Shown here piece by piece: positions 9,024 to 15,808 of a stretch of DNA of 51,578 nucleotides. The stretch is taken from positions 1 through 51,578 of the IMG/VR virus record IMGVR_UViG_3300011420_000010. One strand, written 5' to 3'. A program made the position numbers and the translations under genes. Below the pieces are notes generated by a model that did not search any database, was not told the DNA's origin, and saw only the letters and a program-made list of their open reading frames with translations. Position 1 is the first letter of the stretch; each line of letters opens with the position of its first letter. This DNA is from a virus (lineage: Duplodnaviria > Caudoviricetes).

Positions 9024-9500
9024 CTATCGTGTTGCAGGGTCCGTCGGAAACGCGGCCTTGAATTCAGCGCAGCCCTTCCACAGCCGCTCATGGGTGAGGA
9101 CGAGTCCAGCCGCACGGAACTCGCCGATCCACGCCGCAAAGTCGGAGCCGCGGGCCGCGTGCTCCACCGTCACCGCCTGCCACCACAACCACCAGCCGCA
9201 GAGGTCGTCGGTCGTCGGCCACTTGACCTCGACGCGCGGCTCCCGCTTCTTCGCGGGCCGCACCTCCTTCGGCACCTGCGTCGTTGGACTCGTCTCCAAC
9301 GGAAGGAGGCCGATCTCCTTCGCACCCTGCAAGACGATCCTCTGCGTGATACCGAGCTTCTGACCTTCCGGCGTCCAGCCTAGGCTCTTCGCTTTCGCGA
9401 CCTGGCACTTCAGTGTGCAATAGCCTTCGAGCAGGTGCTCGATCGGCGTCATCGTCCCCGGCTCGTAGGCCCGGCGACATTCGCGGCATATGAACTTCAT
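9024..9500 (-). CDS. Hypothetical protein with N-terminal Zn finger
   Basis: CREC...YCTLKC; ATGA-coupled start at 9500. Confidence 0.6.
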   Translation of the reverse strand: MKFICRECRRAYEPGTMTPIEHLLEGYCTLKCQVAKAKSLGWTPEGQKLGITQRIVLQGAKEIGLLPLETSPTTQVPKEVRPAKKREPRVEVKWPTTDDLCGWWLWWQAVTVEHAARGSDFAAWIGEFRAAGLVLTHERLWKGCAEFKAAFPTDPATR

Positions 9501-9979
9501 GTTCGCACCTCCATCTGCTTCTCCTTCAAGATCTGCTTGACCGCGGCGAGGCCGCGTTGGTGGAACGACGCGATTGCGGACTCGAAAGCGTTCGCCGACG
9601 TCGAGCCGCAGTACTCCAGCCAGAAGGCGAGCGTCCGAATCGTCTCCGCCGACTGGAGCTGTTCGATGATCCGGACGCAACGCTCGAAGTCTTCCGCGGT
9701 CTCGACGCGGCCCGAACCCTTAAGGTCGGGGATCAGCGTCTCCTTCAGGAATCGGAGATGCGACATGGTCGAGGTCGGCGTCTCCTGACCCCAGCCGACC
9801 GGCTGCGGATCCGGCCCGCCCTTCGTCAGGTTGCCGCGGCGGTAGGTCCGAGTCTTCCCGTCGTCATGCTGGACATGGTACGGTTGAGTGCTACCCTTCC
9901 GGATCAGCGTCACTTGACCGCCACCGTACCGCTGATGCAGGACCCGGTCGCCAACCTTCAGCTTGTCAGGACTGCTCAT
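9497..9979 (-). CDS. Hypothetical protein with N-terminal SH3/KOW-like domain
   Basis: LKVGDRVLHQRYGGGQVT...YHVQHDDG; strong SD. Confidence 0.6.
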   Translation of the reverse strand: MSSPDKLKVGDRVLHQRYGGGQVTLIRKGSTQPYHVQHDDGKTRTYRRGNLTKGGPDPQPVGWGQETPTSTMSHLRFLKETLIPDLKGSGRVETAEDFERCVRIIEQLQSAETIRTLAFWLEYCGSTSANAFESAIASFHQRGLAAVKQILKEKQMEVRT

Positions 9980-10066
9980 CTTGCCATCCTCCTATCATGG
10001 GAGATACAGAAACGCAAACCAACCAGGCCGCGGTCGCAGGCACCGCGGCTAGGCAGGGCTGCGGCT

Positions 10067-10945
10067 CTAGGCCTTCTTGCCCGTCAGCTTGACGTTACCT
10101 TCCTTGTCCTCCTTGACGAAGCCACGCTCCAGGGCCCAGCGGATGTGCAGCCGGACGCGCGGCTGGGGCAGCCCGGCCCGCTTCGCGATGGCCTCCGTGT
10201 CGCCGCCCTTGGCGAAGGCCTTGTTGATGGTGTGAGCCTGGGTCCCGAGCCGGGTGCCGAACTCGTCGGTCTCGATCGGCTCCGCGGCCTTCGCGGCCTT
10301 CGCGGCCTTCGCAGCTTTCGCCTTCGCGGCCTTCGCGGCCTTAGGATCGGCAGCAGCCTTCTTGGCGGAGGCAGCAGCCTTGCGGTCAGCAGCGGACTTC
10401 TTGACGATAGCCATAGTAGCTTCTCCTTCTGATGCGGCCGGAGCCGCGGTGTGGGACGGAGACGGAACATCCGCCTCTCGCAACTTACGCTTGAACTCAG
10501 CCTCCTCCGTTCGAACCCGATCCTCTTCCGCCCGGATCCGATCCTCTTCGCGTTGTTCGGCGAGGAGCCGCTTGTGCTCAGCTCGGTCGAACGCCGCGAT
10601 GTCCTTCTTCGAGCGGCCCTCGCGGGCCTGCTTGAAGCCGCCGAGCAGAAACCGATACGGCTCCGCGGGCGGCTGCCACGAGTAGAACTCCAACCGCGAC
10701 ATAGTCATGTCCGTTCCGTCGTCGAGGTAACAGCGGAACAGGCCCGACTCCGTCCGCTCAATGCGGATGACCGCGGGCAGATCGCTGACCTTCGACGCGG
10801 CCTGGATACTCCGTCGCGACGTCTTCGTGTTGATGCGGTTCGCGTCAGCCTTCCGCTGCGCGGTCTTCACCTCCTTCTGCGTTTGAGCCTCCTTGCGTGC
10901 GAACTCCAGCTTCTTCTGCTCGGCGGTCTTGCGGGTCTTAGCCAC
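10067..10945 (-). CDS. Basic protein with histone H1-like AAK repeats and C-terminal winged HTH; internal start at 10414
   Basis: KAAKAAKAKAAKAAKAAKAA is followed by TEAIAKRAGLPQPRVRLHIRWALERGFV. An in-frame AAGGAG-spacer-ATG lies at 10414. Confidence 0.7.
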   Translation of the reverse strand: MAKTRKTAEQKKLEFARKEAQTQKEVKTAQRKADANRINTKTSRRSIQAASKVSDLPAVIRIERTESGLFRCYLDDGTDMTMSRLEFYSWQPPAEPYRFLLGGFKQAREGRSKKDIAAFDRAEHKRLLAEQREEDRIRAEEDRVRTEEAEFKRKLREADVPSPSHTAAPAASEGEATMAIVKKSAADRKAAASAKKAAADPKAAKAAKAKAAKAAKAAKAAEPIETDEFGTRLGTQAHTINKAFAKGGDTEAIAKRAGLPQPRVRLHIRWALERGFVKEDKEGNVKLTGKKA

Positions 10946-11222
10946 GGGCCACCTCCCTTCGGGCCGCGATGGCGTTGCACTCCGTCACGCCGAACTGGAA
11001 GAAGCAGCTGCCTGCATCCCAGCGGTCGTTCCGCCAAGTCAAGCCGATCTGGAACAGCTCGACTCCGGTTGGCGACAGGACCGCCACCTCCATCCGCTCA
11101 CCATTCGCGGCGAGCACGCCGACGACTGAGAAGTTGAGGCCGGTCTTGCGGTGCATGTCGTCGCACCAGTGCTGAGCCAGTGCGAGCGTCGTCGGCTTCC
11201 GCTTCTTCGCTTTCTTTGCCAT
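10938..11222 (-). CDS. Hypothetical early protein
   Basis: Start MAKKAK after the shared leader GGAGATGGCAAG. Confidence 0.6.
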   Translation of the reverse strand: MAKKAKKRKPTTLALAQHWCDDMHRKTGLNFSVVGVLAANGERMEVAVLSPTGVELFQIGLTWRNDRWDAGSCFFQFGVTECNAIAARREVARG

Positions 11223-11321
11223 CTTGCCATCTCCTATCATGGGAGCGGCCCGGCCGGAGTGGCCAAGCCAAAGGCCCGTCCAGGACGCGACTCCTGGAAT
11301 TGACGCTGCGGGCCGCGATAC

Positions 11322-11681
11322 TCAACCCATCATCGAGGGGAACTCGACGCTGGCCGTCTCCGCCTCTTCGAGTTGACTAATAGTATTCTCCAGCTCCTCG
11401 ATCGCGGAGGTCAGCTGTTCGCCTTTTTCGCCGCTTTGGAAGTTCTCAGGCAGGTTGTCGTACCAGTCCTGCAGCTCGTCGTGAAGGGACTCCATATCGC
11501 ACTTCGCGTCGCTGACCAGATTCTGCGCCGCGGCGAAGCGATCGGCTCGCGACTCCGGTGGCGTCGCATCGACGACGCTGACCGACGCTCCGTCGAACTG
11601 CGACTCCATCTGCTTGATCAGCTTCTCGACGGAAGCCTTGCGGAGACCTTTGCCGGTGATCGTGATCTTCCAAGTCGCCAT
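11322..11681 (-). CDS. Phage helical hypothetical protein
   Basis: WYDNLPENFQSGEKGE motif, recognised from other phage proteins; shared leader upstream. Confidence 0.65.
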   Translation of the reverse strand: MATWKITITGKGLRKASVEKLIKQMESQFDGASVSVVDATPPESRADRFAAAQNLVSDAKCDMESLHDELQDWYDNLPENFQSGEKGEQLTSAIEELENTISQLEEAETASVEFPSMMG

Positions 11682-11777
11682 ATTGCCATCCTCCAACAAA
11701 AGCGAACGCTGCGGAATGCAACATTCAAAGACCCGGCCGGAGCGTGACTCCCGGCTGACACTGCGGGTCGACTGAAG

Positions 11778-12098
11778 TTAAGCGGCGATCTTGACGCCGC
11801 GGCTGTTGGCGACCAGGTGACCACGGGCCACCCAGTAGCGGACATGATGCCCGACGCGGGTCACGGACAGCTTCGTCTTCGCCGCGATCTCCTTGACGTC
11901 TGCGACTCCGGCCGCGATGACGTTGTTGATCCCGAACGAGACACTGCCTTTGCGGCAGGGGTTGACGTACTTGCGAGCAGCCTTGCGGGCAGCCGAAGCG
12001 GCTTGACCCTTGTACGCGGCCTTGGCGTTCTTGCGGCGAGAGGCGACTTGCTCCGCAGCGGACTTGACGGTGCGAACGACGTTCTTGGAAGACTTCAT
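11778..12098 (-). CDS. First early gene: K/A-rich tail plus winged HTH
   Basis: VKEIAAKTKLSVTRVGHHVRYWVARGHL resembles the C-terminus of 10067..10945. Confidence 0.65.
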   Translation of the reverse strand: MKSSKNVVRTVKSAAEQVASRRKNAKAAYKGQAASAARKAARKYVNPCRKGSVSFGINNVIAAGVADVKEIAAKTKLSVTRVGHHVRYWVARGHLVANSRGVKIAA

Positions 12099-12329
12099 CT
12101 TGCCATCTCCTGGAAAGAAACACAGAGGCAGCCGAAGCGGCGTCCTCAAGACCCTCGGCCGGGTGCGAAGCCGGCATACGCATTCGAGGGAAGCCAGCTT
12201 CGAGCTGGCGGTCGGAATCGCCGGGCTGAACCCGGCGTGTTGTTGCGGTGTTTGCAGGACACCTCGCGACCACTGGCCCCCTCAGGGGCTTGGCTGCCGG
12301 ACACTTCTTTCCGACGGGCCGCGTTCAGG

Positions 12330-12341
12330 TTTTCAAAGAGC
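12330..12341 (-). promoter_or_regulatory. rrn-type boxA antitermination element
   Basis: GCTCTTTGAAAA lies ~25 nt downstream of the early promoter -10 box. Confidence 0.6.
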
Positions 12342-12365
12342 CACACACCATCCGACCACACCCCT

Positions 12366-12393
12366 AATATAACAGCCTCCTGGCAAATTGCAA
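12366..12393 (-). promoter_or_regulatory. Sigma70-like early promoter
   Basis: TTGCAA-16 bp-TATATT with extended -10 TGn and an AT-rich upstream tract. Confidence 0.7.
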
Positions 12394-12576
12394 AAGGATT
12401 ATTGAAGGAAAGCCGCGGTTGAAGCCGCCGCTCTCCCGCAACCCGTGCGGCGTCTCGACTTACGGCGAAGAAATTTATTCCGGAATTCCGCAGTTTCGAG
12501 CCGCGGCCGGGCGAGCTGGTCAATTGGGAAACGGGAATTCTATCGCCGCGGCGGAGCCGTGCGAGACGAATTTAAA

Positions 12577-12649
12577 GTGCGACTTGAGGGGGTGAGGGTG
12601 GGCGGCTGCCACCCGGTGGGAAACAATACAAAAGAAAGCATTAGTTGAA
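12577..12649. repeat. Intergenic element copy 1; degenerate direct repeat of 42519..42593
   Basis: Shared blocks GTGC-N3-TTGAGGGGGT-N-AGGGTGGG, CCACC and AAGCATTAGTTGAA in the same order. Confidence 0.75.
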
Positions 12650-12692
12650 TGAAGTGAAAGGCCACCGACCCATTGGGGGTCAACCTGCACAT

Positions 12693-13010
12693 TTAATTCG
12701 TATCGGCGAAGTGCGCCGCGATGAATTGCAGCCACGCATCGTCGTCCGAACAAGCGCAGCTGGCGTCGCCGACGGCCTCCCACTGCTTCGCGAGTTCGAG
12801 CGTCGATCGCTGGAGCAACGCGGCGTATCGCTCACCGACCGGCACCGTCGCGAGTGCGAGGCCGACGGAGTTGACCGCGACTTCATCGAGCCGGTTGCAG
12901 CGGTAGAACGCGCGGCGAGGTGGGTGCGTCGTTCGAACTTCGCGGCGGCACCGGGTGCACACCAGGAATGCGCCGCGGCGCGTGAACGTGCAGAGCGTCG
13001 GGACTTCCAT
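12693..13010 (-). CDS. Small Cys-rich protein, last late gene
   Basis: Contains CTRC and CAC; starts 2 bp after the upstream stop. Confidence 0.55.
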   Translation of the reverse strand: MEVPTLCTFTRRGAFLVCTRCRREVRTTHPPRRAFYRCNRLDEVAVNSVGLALATVPVGERYAALLQRSTLELAKQWEAVGDASCACSDDDAWLQFIAAHFADTN

Positions 13011-13011
13011 C

Positions 13012-13839
13012 TTACGCCGATGACAAGCATCGGACCTCGATCTTCGCGGTGTTGTTCCGAATTTGGAAGAGGTCCATCTCGCCGAGCTTCGCGAAGAACT
13101 CGTTGGTCAACGGTTCGCTCGTCTCGCAGCAAGGCCCCGCTGTGATAGAGTTGTTTTCGAACGGGCCGACCTCGCCGTAGTCCGCTTCCGTGAACGTGAT
13201 GACGTCGGGAAGGTGGCAGTTCCGCGGTTCAAGCTTCTTGCGGAAGCTCGCCCAGAATTGCGAGTCGATGAAGTACGGCTTGTCTGGACCGAACGTGATC
13301 TGCGGGAACGTCGCGATGATGTCCGGGAAATTCCAGACGACGCGGGAGACGAGGCCGAAGTGGGCGTAGATGTCGTTGTCTTCGACCTCCGGTTGGAACC
13401 ACGTCGGTCCTCGTTCGAAACCGAAGAAGAAGCCCGCGAAGACACCGACGTTGTTGTTGAAGAACGAGCGGCCCAAGGCCGGGATGAGAATCGCGGAACC
13501 GGAGACAGCATTGTAGCAGCACCAGTTGTGCTGGTCCATGAGGTTCGGCAGTCCAGGGACTCCGCCGACATGCTGCTGCGGCGATCCGAATCCGACCGAC
13601 GAGATCCGGAAGAGGCCTTTGCCGCGGCGCTTGGAGCCGTGCTGTCGGATGCCGGAGACCGTCGGCAGCTGAATCGATACCGCTGGCCCGACGCCCGCGG
13701 GGAACGTGATCGTTGTACCTTGCAACCCGAAGTCCATGATGTTTGATTCGAACGTACAACACGCACCGCCAGACGGACTGTCGTCCTCTTGAAGGCAGAC
13801 CTCCTCACAGTCGCAGCAGCAGCAGCGTCGGTGTCCCAT
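13012..13839 (-). CDS. Putative tail-tip protein with poly-Cys N-terminus
   Basis: MGHRRCCCCDCEEVC...ACC; third gene after the tape measure. Confidence 0.55.
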   Translation of the reverse strand: MGHRRCCCCDCEEVCLQEDDSPSGGACCTFESNIMDFGLQGTTITFPAGVGPAVSIQLPTVSGIRQHGSKRRGKGLFRISSVGFGSPQQHVGGVPGLPNLMDQHNWCCYNAVSGSAILIPALGRSFFNNNVGVFAGFFFGFERGPTWFQPEVEDNDIYAHFGLVSRVVWNFPDIIATFPQITFGPDKPYFIDSQFWASFRKKLEPRNCHLPDVITFTEADYGEVGPFENNSITAGPCCETSEPLTNEFFAKLGEMDLFQIRNNTAKIEVRCLSSA

Positions 13840-14925
13840 CTACTCCTCTTCTTCCTCTTCCTCTTGCGGCTCGAAGCCACCGTTCTCGTCGTTGAGTTGC
13901 GTCCATTCGGGAACCGTCTGCTGGAGCGTGGTGGGGTAGCCGCTCAGGTTCTCGCCCTTGCACGTCTGATCGAGGCAGTGGTAGACGTCGGCTTCCGGTA
14001 CGTAGCAGGCGGTCACGATCGACGGGCCGTCGGAGTGGAAGAGGTTGCGAACCTTCACTCGCTTGTCGGCGAGGTCCGATTCCTGGGATACAGGACGCCG
14101 CGGGTCGATCCCTTCCCAGTACTCCAGGACCTTCAGCTCCGGGTACGGCGTTGTCCACTTGATGTTGACGACGCCCGCTTCTAATCGGCACATGACGAAG
14201 CGGGCCTTCTGCACCATGGAGATGACGCGGTTCCAACCACGCGAAGCATCCCGCGGCTCCTTGGGCGGATGGTCGTAGCAGCGTTGGTACATCCCGAAGT
14301 AGCCCGGCCCGCCATGGTGGTGTGCGGCGTCGGAGTAGACGAGAACCTTCTCGCCGCCCTTCCGCCAGATCTCGTCGGTGTTGAGTCCGAGCGTCGCAGC
14401 TGCCTCGCCCTTGCCGTCCTTCGGAAACAGTTCGTACGCGTAGGCGTTGTTGAACTCGACCAGCTTCTCGTCGAGCTCGAAGCGCCGCGGCGGATCGTAC
14501 CACGTCCACCACATCTCGTTCCATTTCCAGACGAGCATCCACGGACACTGCTGATGGATCCAGCCGCGCTCCGCCAGGTTGTAGACGTTGACCAGTCGGA
14601 GGCCTTGCTCCCACCCGGTCTTGATCGCGGACGCTTCTGTTCGATGGAACTTGAGGTGCTCGTACGCCCGCATCGGATACTGATACGGCAGCTCCTCGTC
14701 AACTTCTGGAGGTGAAGGGTACTCGATGTCGTCGCCGGGTTGACACGGTCGTGCGATGCAGATCTCGTCGACGTCGACGGAGAGGAGGTGGCCACTCGGC
14801 CCGCCCATCGACTCGCCGCCGATAATGCCCATGCGGCCGAGCCGTTCGATCTCCTCGAACGCAGCGTTGAAGTCTTCGCCGCGGATCTTCTTGTCGCCGA
14901 CCTTGAGTGGCGTGAGCTTGCGCAT
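13840..14925 (-). CDS. Putative tail-tip/baseplate protein
   Basis: Assigned from position after the TMP and hub genes; ends in poly-Glu. Confidence 0.5.
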   Translation of the reverse strand: MRKLTPLKVGDKKIRGEDFNAAFEEIERLGRMGIIGGESMGGPSGHLLSVDVDEICIARPCQPGDDIEYPSPPEVDEELPYQYPMRAYEHLKFHRTEASAIKTGWEQGLRLVNVYNLAERGWIHQQCPWMLVWKWNEMWWTWYDPPRRFELDEKLVEFNNAYAYELFPKDGKGEAAATLGLNTDEIWRKGGEKVLVYSDAAHHHGGPGYFGMYQRCYDHPPKEPRDASRGWNRVISMVQKARFVMCRLEAGVVNIKWTTPYPELKVLEYWEGIDPRRPVSQESDLADKRVKVRNLFHSDGPSIVTACYVPEADVYHCLDQTCKGENLSGYPTTLQQTVPEWTQLNDENGGFEPQEEEEEEE

Positions 14926-14926
14926 G

Positions 14927-15799
14927 CTATGGCTTCGGGATTTGTTTGAAGAGTTGCTTGAGGTCGCCGGTCTCGTACGGGTCTTGGCCGTTTGGATCGA
15001 GCGACTTGGCGGGCACCCACTTCAACGTCTCTTTGTCGAGGACGTTCTGCCAGCCGTGGCGGTTGTAGAGGAACTTCATCACGAGCTTCCAGCACGGCTC
15101 GCCGAAAGACATGACAGTGTTGCTGAGTTTCGGGCCGTCGAAGAGGACCGTCTCCGGTGCACCGCCAAAGATCTTGACGGTGTTGATCTTTCCGTTGAGG
15201 TCGTTCATCAACGCGTAGTCCGGCTTGAGGATCTTCGGCACCGTCAGCGTGTATGCGATCGTCGGAATGCGGATGTTCTTCTTGCCGTATGAATCCGTCG
15301 TGACGGACGACGGAGCGGACGAAGCGCTGCCATATGAAAGGTTCGTCGTCGTCGTCGTCGTCTTGACTGGGACCGTCAAGATCTCGCAGTGGTAGTCGAG
15401 CTCCTGCTCTGCGACGACCGACGGCTCCGGGTGTTCACGCTTGTCTTCGTCATCGTCCGGGTCGAACGGGAAGACTTTGTAGCTGACGATCATCTCCGTC
15501 TTACCGGTCAACAGTCCGTAGTCCCACGGCGTGTTGCCGGTTCGACCGATCGGCCGCGTCGAAACCTTGTGGGCGCAGAGCCGCTTCAAGCCGGGCCAAC
15601 GGTCCGGCCCGTACCAGTCCTGATCGCCGGTGATGGGGTTGATGAGGATGACGCCAAGCATCGCTCGGATGCCAGCGGCGAGTTGCGCCGTGTCGACTTC
15701 CGCACGGCGTACGCCGACGATGCCCGACTCCGTGTCGAACTCCATCTTCATCGTGTCTTCCATCTCGCGGAGGGAAGACGGAATTGGGTAGAAGCCCAT
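14927..15799 (-). CDS. Putative distal tail/hub protein
   Basis: Immediately follows the TMP; beta-rich, with a GKIN...FGGAPETVLFDG motif. Confidence 0.55.
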   Translation of the reverse strand: MGFYPIPSSLREMEDTMKMEFDTESGIVGVRRAEVDTAQLAAGIRAMLGVILINPITGDQDWYGPDRWPGLKRLCAHKVSTRPIGRTGNTPWDYGLLTGKTEMIVSYKVFPFDPDDDEDKREHPEPSVVAEQELDYHCEILTVPVKTTTTTTNLSYGSASSAPSSVTTDSYGKKNIRIPTIAYTLTVPKILKPDYALMNDLNGKINTVKIFGGAPETVLFDGPKLSNTVMSFGEPCWKLVMKFLYNRHGWQNVLDKETLKWVPAKSLDPNGQDPYETGDLKQLFKQIPKP

Positions 15800-15808
15800 G
15801 ACTCCTCC

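Noticed and set aside
10280-10342. 9-bp tandem repeat CGCGGCCTT
   Set aside because: It encodes the KAA repeats of the histone-like protein and has no spacers.
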